DNA of 64,000 nt, from IMG/VR virus record IMGVR_UViG_3300049182_000044, positions 96,001-160,000 of that record; one strand, written 5' to 3'. The stretch is from a virus (taxonomy: Duplodnaviria > Caudoviricetes). Below the pieces are notes generated by a model. That model ran no database searches. It saw only the letters and a program-made list of their open reading frames with translations, and had not been told where the DNA came from. The position numbers were made by a program, and so were the translations under genes. Of this stretch, positions 9,171 to 18,573 are shown one piece after another. Position 1 is the stretch's first letter, and each line of letters starts with the position of its first letter.

Positions 9171-9671
9171 ATGAACGATATTACCAAACAGATGATGGAC
9201 GATCAAAACCCGAATCGTCCGTATTTCCTTTCGACCAAGACCTACGGCAACGAGCGCGGCTACTCCGTGGCGTATCGCCAGTGGAGGGCAGACACTCATT
9301 GCAACCTGATCCACGGCTATGCCTTGGGCTTCCATTTCGAGTTCAAGTGCTATGATCTCGATGCTCGTAACTGGTGTGTTGACTTCGGTGGCCTTCGTAC
9401 TCTGAAGGAATGCATGGACGATTGGTTCGATCACACCTGTCTCGTTGCACAAGATGATCCTGAGTTCAAGACATTCGAGGACCTCCACAATCGCAAGATG
9501 ATCAAGATGACAGTGGTCGAACGTACTGGCTGCGAAGGTCTAGCCAAATGGCTTTCCGACTACATCAATGAAATCTGGATTCCGGAGAACGGCTACAAAG
9601 GACGCGTAACGCTTCATAAAGTCGAAGTGCGAGAGACTGGAGCTAACTCTGCTATGTATGTCATGCCCTAA
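9171..9671 (+). CDS. queD: 6-carboxytetrahydropterin synthase (QueD/PTPS family)
   Basis: YRQWRADTHCNLIHGY, WCVDFGGL, WFDHT and VEVRET..NSA; likely start ATG 9171. Confidence 0.88.
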   Translation: MNDITKQMMDDQNPNRPYFLSTKTYGNERGYSVAYRQWRADTHCNLIHGYALGFHFEFKCYDLDARNWCVDFGGLRTLKECMDDWFDHTCLVAQDDPEFKTFEDLHNRKMIKMTVVERTGCEGLAKWLSDYINEIWIPENGYKGRVTLHKVEVRETGANSAMYVMP

Positions 9672-9683
9672 TGGAGAATAATA

Positions 9684-10289
9684 ATGAATGCTACAGAAGC
9701 TCACCGAAAGCCCGTCAATCGTAGCTTTCCACCCAGTTCGGCCTACGATAACTTCGATCCCTCCCTTTTGTTCCCGAAACAGAAGGAAGTGGTCGCAGCT
9801 GTGCTGAGAGAGCTGACTGAGGATCAGCAAGGCTTTTCAATTCTCAAAATGGGGCAGCGTTCGGGTAAGAACATTATAGCAGCCATGGTCGCAAAGCATG
9901 GGCCGTTCAATAAAGCATTTATCTTCGATCTGCATCACGGAGGAATGGCCTCGGACTTCTCTATCCCGACGTACTGGTGCAGCAAGGTCTTCCCGCGCAC
10001 CTTGGTCGAAGGTGATGAAGAGCGCCCGCTGATTATCCTTAACGAAGCGTTTTGGCTAGATGATAGCTATGATATCTTCAATGAAGCACGTAACTATGCT
10101 CCAACACTGGTTGTAGGCAGCAATGGCCCGCAGTTCCGGGAGGACAAACGCTGGCAGCTGTTGAAAGGACATTCTTACGCGACCTGGGAGATCAACCCGA
10201 ACTACCCGACCCGCGAAGCACTCATTGCATCAATGGGTGACAGTGAACAGGACATGCAGAAGTTCGAGCGCGACTACGGAGCATTCTAA
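9684..10289 (+). CDS. stand-alone terminase-ATPase-like P-loop protein
   Basis: FPKQKEV (Q motif), GQRSGKN (Walker A-like), LIILNEA (Walker B with D to N), TWEINP and FERDYGAF; no nuclease domain. Confidence 0.55.
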   Translation: MNATEAHRKPVNRSFPPSSAYDNFDPSLLFPKQKEVVAAVLRELTEDQQGFSILKMGQRSGKNIIAAMVAKHGPFNKAFIFDLHHGGMASDFSIPTYWCSKVFPRTLVEGDEERPLIILNEAFWLDDSYDIFNEARNYAPTLVVGSNGPQFREDKRWQLLKGHSYATWEINPNYPTREALIASMGDSEQDMQKFERDYGAF

Positions 10290-10612
10290 TGGACGGCATT
10301 CTCATACCAACTTCCAATAACGCGGCACCTTCGCTGTTCACACCCGAAACGCAAAGGGCAGCTGCAAAGGAACTCAACACCATGTTGAGCGAGGCATTGC
10401 AGCCCTACATCGGTAAAGACTGCGACGAGCGGAATCTTCACAATATGCGGCTGGCGATCCAGACGACCTTGAAGACTTGGTTCAAAAAGCATCCGACGCT
10501 GACGAAGCTGAAGATCGACTTCGATCTGGACGTAGACAAGCAACAAGGCAAGATCACTATTAAACCATCCTTCGATTTCCAGAGGCTGATTGCAGGGATG
10601 ATACCGTATTAG
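10289..10612 (+). CDS. hypothetical protein
   Basis: TAATG overlap with the upstream gene. Confidence 0.65.
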   Translation: MDGILIPTSNNAAPSLFTPETQRAAAKELNTMLSEALQPYIGKDCDERNLHNMRLAIQTTLKTWFKKHPTLTKLKIDFDLDVDKQQGKITIKPSFDFQRLIAGMIPY

Positions 10613-10621
10613 GAGGCAGAT

Positions 10622-11032
10622 ATGGCAGCACCCGAAATCTTTCCGGGTATTCCGATTGATGAAAGCCACGAAAAATCTGAGGACGGCGAGTACTGGATCA
10701 TGCGTCCAGAGTTTCGTGAGAAATATCAGGCTTCGGTAAGGGCTCAACTCGATAGCTGGATAGCAGGAACTCCGGAGCACAATCATTTCGCAGGTGAATG
10801 CTGTCCTGACTTTTCGTGCTGTAGTCCTCAGAATATCTGGCCGTTGGAGCGGCGTCAGAAATTCGCAGATGGCGATGCGCAGACGAGAGAACGCATGTGC
10901 TTCGAGTCCATTGCTGAGTCCGTGGCTTCATTCACCGGAATCCCTGTTCTCATTATCGGTGAGTCTCCAGTTCCGGAACATCCTCCGCTGCTGACTGACG
11001 AACCTCCTCCACCTGGAACAATCCTTCACTAA
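10622..11032 (+). CDS. hypothetical protein with CCPDFSCC cluster
   Basis: RBS TAGGAGG; HNHFAGECCPDFSCC is a likely metal site. Confidence 0.65.
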   Translation: MAAPEIFPGIPIDESHEKSEDGEYWIMRPEFREKYQASVRAQLDSWIAGTPEHNHFAGECCPDFSCCSPQNIWPLERRQKFADGDAQTRERMCFESIAESVASFTGIPVLIIGESPVPEHPPLLTDEPPPPGTILH

Positions 11033-11033
11033 C

Positions 11034-11384
11034 ATGGCTACCAAGAAAAAGAAAGACGAAGACGTCCAGCTCTACGCCTATCAGGTTTCTACGATTCTGC
11101 AATATCAGGTTTTGGTCACTCGTTTTCAGATGGTTCGCTACACTGAAAAATCGGTTACTGTGCTGACTGCAACCGGCATCGAAAAGCGGTATGCTCGAAA
11201 ATCAGATCGGGACGAATGGTTCTTATCCTTCAATGCAGCTCAGAAACGAGCATTGGCGATCATCGACGATTACCGAGTAGAGCTAGCTAAGGTAATCAGT
11301 ACCCTGGACAACAACGAGAAGGAAATCCGTGCCCGGCGTATCAGGGAAACCAAGCCACTGAAAATCGGAAAGATTGTTCTGTGA
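11034..11384 (+). CDS. hypothetical basic protein
   Basis: Last ORF before a 200-nt intergenic gap. Confidence 0.65.
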   Translation: MATKKKKDEDVQLYAYQVSTILQYQVLVTRFQMVRYTEKSVTVLTATGIEKRYARKSDRDEWFLSFNAAQKRALAIIDDYRVELAKVISTLDNNEKEIRARRIRETKPLKIGKIVL

Positions 11385-11416
11385 ATACGTACTAAACCGC
11401 AAGAAATAGCACGTCC

Positions 11417-11441
11417 AAAGGGCTGAAATATGCCCTTTCCT
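11417..11441 (+). terminator. probable intrinsic terminator closing the accessory block
   Basis: AAAGGGC-TGAAATAT-GCCCTTT-CCT. Confidence 0.45.
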
Positions 11442-11586
11442 CACCTTCGCGCTTCCCAATTCCGCGCAATCCCTGTGTTCAAGAACGCGTTAAAATCATA
11501 ATTTTAACACAATACGCGAACGGCATTACTGCTCTCGCGTTATCTGAACTTCTAACATTTTTCATGGATAGCGGGAGATAGTCCTA

Positions 11587-13242
11587 ATGGGAACCAATGC
11601 ACATTCTTCAGCCGGCGTATATGTTCGCGAGCTTGACCTTTCGCAACGCGTCGCTGCTGCTTCAACTTCCATTGGCGCCATCGTCGGTGCTTCCGACAAA
11701 GGCCCAGTAATGGAACGTACGCTGATTACTAGCGTACGCCAATTTATCGAAACTTTCGGAAAGCCGAATCCGCGTACTTCCTACATGCATTACTGCGCCC
11801 TGGCGTTCCTCGAAGAATCCAGCCGCTTGTACGTTACCCGTGTTTTGAGCAACGCAAACGATGCTCTCACCGCAGGTGCGTTTTTGACCGTTGACGATCT
11901 GGCAGCTGAAACGCCTCTGCTTTCGCTGAACAACTTTGACAACGGCACGAATACTCCGCTGGGTCGTTTTGACCCGTTCAACACTACGGAGTTCGACCCG
12001 ACTACTCCAGGTATTGAAAACACGCTGTTCATGGTTTGCGCAATCAACCCAGGAACATGGAACAACGACTTGCACGTTCGCATTCGTCCTTCCAACAAGC
12101 GCGGCGTGGACACTCCTGATGACCCGTATGTGTTCTGGATCGAAGTGTTTGTCGATTACAAGAGCAATCGCCAAGCTCCGGTTGAAGCATTCCTCGTTAG
12201 CCGTGATTACAAGATCGACGGCTTCGGCAATCAGATGTTCATCGAGGAAGTTATCAACAACAAGTCGAAGTACATCCGTGTTCGCAACAACCCGTATGCA
12301 CCGGCAGTTAAGGTGTTGCGTATCGCAAGTGAATTCCTGGACGGCGGCACGAACGGTGGTCGTCCGAGCGATGCTCAGATCAACCAAGGCTGGGAACTGT
12401 ATCGCGATCCGGAACAGCTTGATGTGAACATCCTGATTAACGGCGGTTACGCTACGCCGGCGGTTCAGCTGAAGATGGATGACATCTGCCAAGACCGTAT
12501 GGATTGCATCGCCGTCCTGGACATGCCGTCCGGTGAGCAAGAGGTTAGCCGCGCTGTCAACTATCGCCGCAATACCTTAAACCTCGATTCCTCCCGTTCT
12601 GCGATTTACTCGTCGGACGTGAAGATTCTGGATACGTACAACGACCGCGAGATCTTCATCCCGCCTAGTGGCCATGCCGCAGCTGCATACGCCCGTACGG
12701 ACGAGGAAGCTGAAACGTGGTTCGCCCCGGCTGGTATGAATCGTGGACGTCTGGACATTCTCGAAGCTCGTGTGATCTACAATCAGGGTGATCGCGATGC
12801 TTTGACCGATGCTCAGATCAATTCGATTCGTTTGATCCCAGGCGCAGGCTATCGTATCTGGGGTGCAGACACATTGCAGTCGATGGCTTCGGCTCTGTCC
12901 AACGTCAACGTTCGCCGTCTGCTGAACTTCATCGAGAAGTCGGTTTCGATTGCGGCACTGTATTCTGTTTTCAATCCCAATGACTTTGTGCTTCGCGCAC
13001 AGTTGACGGAAATGACGAATCGTTTCCTCAACCCTATTAAGACCAGCCGTGGTTTGTATCACTTCCAGGTGGTCTGTGATGAAAGTAACAACCCGCCCGA
13101 ACTGGTTGGTAGCGGCGATACGATTCTTGATGTGTACCTCGATCCGGTCATTCCGGCGAAGCGTATTCACTTGAATGCAATCGTCACTAAGACCGGCGCA
13201 AACTTCAAGGAGGTAGCGCAGGCAAGATCGGGCGAACAATAA
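11587..13242 (+). CDS. contractile tail sheath protein (T4 gp18-like)
   Basis: AGVYVRELDLS, GASDKGP, FIETFGKP, WFAPAGMNRG, NVNVRRLL and VYLDPVIPAKRIHLN. Confidence 0.95.
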   Translation: MGTNAHSSAGVYVRELDLSQRVAAASTSIGAIVGASDKGPVMERTLITSVRQFIETFGKPNPRTSYMHYCALAFLEESSRLYVTRVLSNANDALTAGAFLTVDDLAAETPLLSLNNFDNGTNTPLGRFDPFNTTEFDPTTPGIENTLFMVCAINPGTWNNDLHVRIRPSNKRGVDTPDDPYVFWIEVFVDYKSNRQAPVEAFLVSRDYKIDGFGNQMFIEEVINNKSKYIRVRNNPYAPAVKVLRIASEFLDGGTNGGRPSDAQINQGWELYRDPEQLDVNILINGGYATPAVQLKMDDICQDRMDCIAVLDMPSGEQEVSRAVNYRRNTLNLDSSRSAIYSSDVKILDTYNDREIFIPPSGHAAAAYARTDEEAETWFAPAGMNRGRLDILEARVIYNQGDRDALTDAQINSIRLIPGAGYRIWGADTLQSMASALSNVNVRRLLNFIEKSVSIAALYSVFNPNDFVLRAQLTEMTNRFLNPIKTSRGLYHFQVVCDESNNPPELVGSGDTILDVYLDPVIPAKRIHLNAIVTKTGANFKEVAQARSGEQ

Positions 13243-13288
13243 ACAATCTACTCCTTAGAAAGGATTAGGCTTTTATGAGAGTACGCCT

Positions 13289-13843
13289 ATGTCAGCCACT
13301 AACGAGTTGGGCGCATCAAAAGATGAAACCGTTGCGGTCCTCAAAGTCAAGGTCGACATTCTGACCGAGACTATCGGTGAAATCAAAAATGCGCTCAAAC
13401 GCATCGAAGAAATAGTGGGTGTGATTCGCATTATTGAAGTCCAGTCGAAGCAACAATCGAAGGACTTCGATAATCTTACCGCCACTGTTCAAGCCTTGAG
13501 TAAGAGTGTTGAAGAGGTTGAGGTCGCAATCAACAACTCTATTCAAGAGGGCGACTACAATACCGCTGAAGCAGCGAAGCTTGCTTTGCAAGAGGTATCA
13601 AAGAAGTTGAAAGACGTGTCCGAGAAGCTGGACAATCTTGAAAAGGATTGGAAGGAGAAGTACAACTTCGGACGCGGCGTGTGGTGGGTGATCTCGCTTA
13701 TCGCAGGCACTGTGATTGCGGCTTTGATGTACGTCGCTAACAGTAACTACACGAAAATCGAAGAAGTACACAATTGGATGACGCGAGAACGGATTGTCAA
13801 AGAAGTTCAGCAAGAAAGCAAAGTCGCAGAGTCCAAGCGTTAA
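13289..13843 (+). CDS. coiled-coil protein with one C-proximal transmembrane helix
   Basis: About 120 aa of heptads, then GVWWVISLIAGTVIAALMYVA. Confidence 0.75.
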   Translation: MSATNELGASKDETVAVLKVKVDILTETIGEIKNALKRIEEIVGVIRIIEVQSKQQSKDFDNLTATVQALSKSVEEVEVAINNSIQEGDYNTAEAAKLALQEVSKKLKDVSEKLDNLEKDWKEKYNFGRGVWWVISLIAGTVIAALMYVANSNYTKIEEVHNWMTRERIVKEVQQESKVAESKR

Positions 13844-13869
13844 TCCTTTAACTCCGTCTACGGCATAGG

Positions 13870-13894
13870 TCAGGTGCTTAATTGCACCTGATCT
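13870..13894. promoter_or_regulatory. palindromic element, copy 1
   Basis: TCAGGTGC-TTAATT-GCACCTGA-TCT, 20 nt before the PAS gene start. Confidence 0.5.
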
Positions 13895-13913
13895 CTTTAT
13901 AAGATGAAGAGTC

Positions 13914-15080
13914 ATGTCAACCCCGTTCAACGAACACGATTTACGGTCGAAAGAGGCGAAGAGTCTCCTTGATGATCTTGAAGAGATCAGGCGTTCTGCC
14001 TCGTCCATCGTATCAACCCTTGAAAGAGAAGTAGTACACAATCAATCACTTTTGAAGACAGTTGCTCACTTGGTCGGCGATAGCGTGCTGGTCGTTAAAG
14101 ACAATGCTGTGCACCTTGCCAATAAACAAGCAAGCAAACTGCTGGGACTTTCGGAATCATGCCTTGAGGGCATTAAGATCAACGAACTGTTCCCAAACAT
14201 CCTTGACGCTTTGAAGTCAGGCGAACATGAGAAGGCCATGCAGTTCCAAGCTAGCACGCCTGAACGTCAGAAAGTTAATTTGACTCTGACGAAGATTTCT
14301 GCACCGACACACCACAGCTTCGTGATCGTAGCTCGTGAGGGCAACGTAGTACAAGAATGCGTGAACAAGGGTACCTGCCAGTTCCAGTCGAACATCATCG
14401 ACGCCGTGCCGACGCCGTTGTTTTACACGGACATTAACGGACACGCCATTCATGGTAGCTCCTCGTTCTACGAAATGTTTGGGCTGTCCAAGCAACAGAT
14501 GGAAAAGCATACAGTCACTTCTCTCTTTTCCGAAGTTGTTGGCAAGCTGTTCTCTCCGCGTGAGCAGTTCCACGCGACTCCCGAACGTCTTGAACTTCGA
14601 GTGCATTTGCCCTGGCGCAATCGCGATCTGCATATCGTATTGCTCAAGACTGTTTTCAGAAATTGTGAAGGTAAGCCGATTGGACACGTCGCTACTATCT
14701 TGGATGCTGCTACAGCTCCTCCCGCGCTACCGAAGACTTCGACTAACATAGTTAAGATCCTGAATGGTTCGGATCAGCCGATCGCTGTAACGGGATGGCC
14801 TAACACGCGCATCGTTATGGCGAACAAAGCATTCTTCGACTACTACGGATACAACGAGAAAGAAGTTCTCGGAAGACATGTTTGTGACTTCTGCCTCGAT
14901 GAAACTCCTAAAGTCGGAGTCATGGAAGAAGCTTTCCTACACGGCGAGGACTGGGTACAGCAAGTACAGAGCAAACGTAAAGATGGTTCTGTCTCGCTTG
15001 ATCTAATCAAAGTAGTTCCAATCATGAAGGATAACGTCGAAGGCCCAGCCTACTGTATGTTTATCAAGCAGGGTAGTTAA
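13914..15080 (+). CDS. triple-PAS-domain protein without an output domain
   Basis: Three PAS-like units: VGDSVLVV...LANKQASKLLG; IIDAVPTPLFYTDING...FYEMFG; QPIAVT...MANKAFFDYYGYNEKEVLGR...RKDGS. Confidence 0.85.
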   Translation: MSTPFNEHDLRSKEAKSLLDDLEEIRRSASSIVSTLEREVVHNQSLLKTVAHLVGDSVLVVKDNAVHLANKQASKLLGLSESCLEGIKINELFPNILDALKSGEHEKAMQFQASTPERQKVNLTLTKISAPTHHSFVIVAREGNVVQECVNKGTCQFQSNIIDAVPTPLFYTDINGHAIHGSSSFYEMFGLSKQQMEKHTVTSLFSEVVGKLFSPREQFHATPERLELRVHLPWRNRDLHIVLLKTVFRNCEGKPIGHVATILDAATAPPALPKTSTNIVKILNGSDQPIAVTGWPNTRIVMANKAFFDYYGYNEKEVLGRHVCDFCLDETPKVGVMEEAFLHGEDWVQQVQSKRKDGSVSLDLIKVVPIMKDNVEGPAYCMFIKQGS

Positions 15081-15623
15081 ATGAACATCGTAACCTATGA
15101 ACAGGCACGCAACCTTATTCAGGACGGCGATTTGGTCTTTGTAAAGAAGGGCAAGTCGATCTGGAGTAAGCTGACGCAACTGGTAACTAAATCGGATGTG
15201 TACCATTGTGGTATCGCATTTTGGGTGCGCGACCCAGTGTATAAGTCAAGGCTGTTTATTGTGGAAGCTTTTCGAGGTGGGAGACGGATTGTCTCCCTTT
15301 CTTCTTACGCTAAGCATCCGATAGACATTATTGGTTCGCCTATTTCATGGGAAAAGAATTGCGACGAAGTGTTAGATAATACTGGACTCGTCCCATACAG
15401 TATTCCTGAGTATGTCTGGATCGGACTTCGAGAGCTGTTGCGCATTAAGCGTGATGATGCCGATGATGACTACGGTGAAGTATGCTCCAAGATGGTCGCC
15501 AAGTATCTTGTGCGCGGTGGAGTCATGCTTGAAACAGACATTAGTCCAGGTAAGCTCGAAGAGAAGCTGCTGCAAATGCAATTTGACTTCCGTTTCCGGA
15601 TCACGAATGATACTGTAAAGTGA
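15081..15623 (+). CDS. permuted papain-like (YiiX/YaeF-type NlpC/P60) amidase
   Basis: IQDGDLVF...VYHCGI...IVEA early, with the catalytic-type CSKMV late (His before Cys). Confidence 0.75.
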   Translation: MNIVTYEQARNLIQDGDLVFVKKGKSIWSKLTQLVTKSDVYHCGIAFWVRDPVYKSRLFIVEAFRGGRRIVSLSSYAKHPIDIIGSPISWEKNCDEVLDNTGLVPYSIPEYVWIGLRELLRIKRDDADDDYGEVCSKMVAKYLVRGGVMLETDISPGKLEEKLLQMQFDFRFRITNDTVK

Positions 15624-15658
15624 AAACATCAAACTATATAGCTTAGAAAGGGTTTAAC

Positions 15659-16141
15659 ATGACTAACGCAGCTACCTCAACACAAGAACAGATTGCTCTT
15701 GCCGAGGCAGTGCATGACGTTAAAATCACCTCGATGGTGAAAACGTTGACTGCACAGAGAGAGAATGCGCAGAATGCACTTGTCAATGCACTGGGTGACA
15801 AAGCAGTAGCAGAGTACAAGCTGCAAGAAGCTCTCAAGAATATCTCGGCACTGAGTAACGCACTGGCGCAGAAGAATCAAGAGAATGCTGAGTTACGCAT
15901 CCTTGTTCTCAATCTGCAGCAACAAGTTTCGGAGTTGAAGAACCCTCGACCCGCGGAACTCACTGCGCCCGCAGAAACTCCTGTTGCACCAGAGGTCGCT
16001 GAAGTAGAAGCTCCTTACGAGGAGGCTTCGGTTAGTTCTGAAGGCCATCCCTTTCGTGAAGAACAAGCCGAAACGCAAGAAAAAGAAAAAGGCATGTTCA
16101 CGAAGGTAGGAGAGGTAATCAAGAGCGCCATCCATCGTTAA
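15659..16141 (+). CDS. coiled-coil protein with a Pro/Glu-rich tail
   Basis: Heptad N-half, PAELTAPAETPVAPE low-complexity C-half. Confidence 0.7.
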   Translation: MTNAATSTQEQIALAEAVHDVKITSMVKTLTAQRENAQNALVNALGDKAVAEYKLQEALKNISALSNALAQKNQENAELRILVLNLQQQVSELKNPRPAELTAPAETPVAPEVAEVEAPYEEASVSSEGHPFREEQAETQEKEKGMFTKVGEVIKSAIHR

Positions 16142-16191
16142 CCTTGAATGTATAGCAGAAAGGGTACATTCATCTTAACAAAGGACTGGTC

Positions 16192-16653
16192 ATGCCTATT
16201 CAAGTAGCTTCGTTTTTGATACCACGGAATAACAATACGTGGTACATACTTGAGGACAAGTACCTAAAAGGCGGTTTGCGTGTTTGCACCGACGTTGCAG
16301 AACGCACCGCCATTCACGCAGCATCGCTGAAGCTAGGTATGTTGGTGCTGCTTCTCTCAGACAATAAGATTTATCAGTTGAAGAATGTTTCAACTAAGCT
16401 GTGGGAACCCTACGTATCTTCTACTCCTCAAGTAAACCCGTTTCATACACATAAACAGGTCGCGCCATCTGATGTGTGGACAATTCAGCACAATAAAGCG
16501 AATAGGTATTTCCAACATACCCTTTTCGACGACTCTGGCAAATCGATCTTACCCGATGAAATCACCATCATCGACAATAACACGGTTCAGATCAAATTCA
16601 TCATGCCGATCATGGGACACTGTGTCCTGGCATTCGACTCGGCAGCGGTTTAA
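16192..16653 (+). CDS. fibre-associated protein (LED.YLKGG N-module plus W.I.HN C-module)
   Basis: N-terminus paralogous to 21273 and 23887; C-terminus WTIQHNK as in 16906, 18647 and 19259. Confidence 0.8.
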   Translation: MPIQVASFLIPRNNNTWYILEDKYLKGGLRVCTDVAERTAIHAASLKLGMLVLLLSDNKIYQLKNVSTKLWEPYVSSTPQVNPFHTHKQVAPSDVWTIQHNKANRYFQHTLFDDSGKSILPDEITIIDNNTVQIKFIMPIMGHCVLAFDSAAV

Positions 16654-16669
16654 CTACCTCCAAATTTAG

Positions 16670-16713
16670 TGGGCAAGCGATTGAAGAACTCAGTCGTTTG
16701 CCCATTTCCTTTT
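16670..16713 (+). terminator. intrinsic terminator
   Basis: 15-bp stem TGGGCAAGCGATTGA/TCAGTCGTTTGCCCA followed by TTTCCTTTT. Confidence 0.7.
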
Positions 16714-16740
16714 GTACCTTCACCATAGATTACACAACAT

Positions 16741-16765
16741 TCAGGCGCTTGATTGCGCCTGATCT
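16741..16765. promoter_or_regulatory. palindromic element, copy 2
   Basis: TCAGGCGC-TTGATT-GCGCCTGA-TCT; compensatory change relative to copy 1. Confidence 0.5.
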
Positions 16766-16905
16766 GCCCTTCAGATTGCTCTGGAAATCGTAATTTATGT
16801 GCAATCATTAGGGCTAATACCTTTTTGATAAAGAGCATTTGCGCTCTAGGTTGTGCAATCTAGACTGCTATTTGCAACTGAAGTTAACTTTGGAGAACTC
16901 CTAAA

Positions 16906-18573
16906 ATGCGTATTCTTGGTAATCTCGTATTCGCAGGCCTCGGCCAAGTTCAAAACCTCCGCGTTGAGAACGTCGCCACTGATCCTGTAACCCCGATGGT
17001 CGGCCAAGTCTGGTACAACACTGCTGAAGGCTTCTATAAAGGCTATGACGGCACCACCGTCATCACCTTCGCTTCCGGCGGTAACACCGACCTGATCCTC
17101 GAAGAAGTAGATCGCATCGAAACTGCTGCAGGCCTGTCCGAGACCGGCACGTATGCTCAGCACACCGACACGAACTACATTAACGGCGCCACCAACCTGA
17201 AAGCAGCTGACAAGTTGCTGGATGCACAGCTGAAGACGGCAACCGATGCAGCTGCTACGGCTCAAGGCGCAGCCGATGACGCTCAAGCAGAACTCGACCT
17301 GGTCGAAGCTGCTGCTGGTCTGAACACCGATGGTACGTACTCGGCTCACACCGACACGAACTACATCAACGGCGCTGGCAACCTGAAAGCTGCTGACAAG
17401 CTGCTCGACACGGCTGTTAAGAATGCTGCTGACGCTGCTTCCGGCGCACAGAGCACTGCTGATCTGAAGGTTTCCAAGTCCGGCGACAGCATGACTGGCA
17501 ACCTGGCGATGCAGAACAACAAGGTCATCGGCGTTGCTACTCCGACTGACGCTGGCGACGCTGTCAACAAAGCATACGTTGACGCAATCGCTTCGGGTCT
17601 GACCTGGGAAGCTCCGGTGGACGGCGTTGTTGCTGACCACACTGCAATCGGTACAGCTCTGGTTGCTGGCCAGCGCTTCGCAAACACCACTGACGACAAG
17701 ATCTACACGGTCACCGCAGATGGTGCTGATGGCGCTACCGCAGTCTGGAATGCTGGCGAACTGCTGGTTGACGGCGCTGCCTTCTTCGACAAGTCCGTCG
17801 AAGCTGGTTACGTGTTCAACGGTGCTGAAATCGTTCAGTTCTCCGGCCTCGGTCAAGTGACTGCTGGTATCGGTCTGGTTAAGACCGGTAACGTCATGGA
17901 CATCAACCTGGGTGCTGGTATCGGCCAACTCCCGAGCGATGAAGTCGGTATCGACATCCTCGCAGCTGGTGGTCTGTTCCTGACGGTTGACGGCACTGCT
18001 GCTTCGACTGACTCGGCAGCTCAACTGTCGGTCAAGATCGACGGCTCGACCCTGTCCCGTTCGGGCTCGGGTGTCAAGGTTGCCGATGCCGGTGTTACCG
18101 AAACCCAACTGGCAGCTTCGGTTGCTGGCGCAGGTTTGACTGGTGGCGCTGGTGCAGCTCTGGCTGTTGGCGCTGGCACGGGTATCGTTGTTGACGCTGA
18201 CACGGTTGCGCTCGACCTGACTTACGCTGATGGCCGTTACATCAACGTTGATGGCGACACGATGACCGGCTCGCTGACTCTGGCTGCCGATCCTACGACC
18301 GCTCTGATGGCTGCTACCAAGCAGTACGTTGATTCGGTTACCACCGCACTCGAAGGTTCGACCGTCGTGTACGATGGTTCGGTTGCTTCTGCTTCCCACG
18401 TTGTTACCCACAACATCGGCTCGCAGTTCTGCAACGTCACCGTGGTTGACTCTGCTAACAAGCAGATCATCCCGGACAGCGTCACGTTCGACAGCGCTAA
18501 CCAGCTGACCGTGGCATTCAGCTCCGCCATCACCTGCAAGATCGTGGTGACCGGCAAATACGTCGCTGCTTAA
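16906..18573 (+). CDS. tail/head fibre protein
   Basis: SKSGDSMTGNL and AVNKAYVD fibre motifs; 62-aa tandem duplication (HTDTNYINGA); about 170 aa clearly paralogous to 43103..46354. Confidence 0.85.
   Translation: MRILGNLVFAGLGQVQNLRVENVATDPVTPMVGQVWYNTAEGFYKGYDGTTVITFASGGNTDLILEEVDRIETAAGLSETGTYAQHTDTNYINGATNLKAADKLLDAQLKTATDAAATAQGAADDAQAELDLVEAAAGLNTDGTYSAHTDTNYINGAGNLKAADKLLDTAVKNAADAASGAQSTADLKVSKSGDSMTGNLAMQNNKVIGVATPTDAGDAVNKAYVDAIASGLTWEAPVDGVVADHTAIGTALVAGQRFANTTDDKIYTVTADGADGATAVWNAGELLVDGAAFFDKSVEAGYVFNGAEIVQFSGLGQVTAGIGLVKTGNVMDINLGAGIGQLPSDEVGIDILAAGGLFLTVDGTAASTDSAAQLSVKIDGSTLSRSGSGVKVADAGVTETQLAASVAGAGLTGGAGAALAVGAGTGIVVDADTVALDLTYADGRYINVDGDTMTGSLTLAADPTTALMAATKQYVDSVTTALEGSTVVYDGSVASASHVVTHNIGSQFCNVTVVDSANKQIIPDSVTFDSANQLTVAFSSAITCKIVVTGKYVAA

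Noticed and set aside
10289-10612. Faint resemblance to a sheath C-terminal or gp25-like domain
   Set aside because: The pattern is too generic to support by eye.
13289-13843. Calling this single-TM protein a holin
   Set aside because: A better three-TM holin candidate sits beside the endolysin, and topology alone is not diagnostic.
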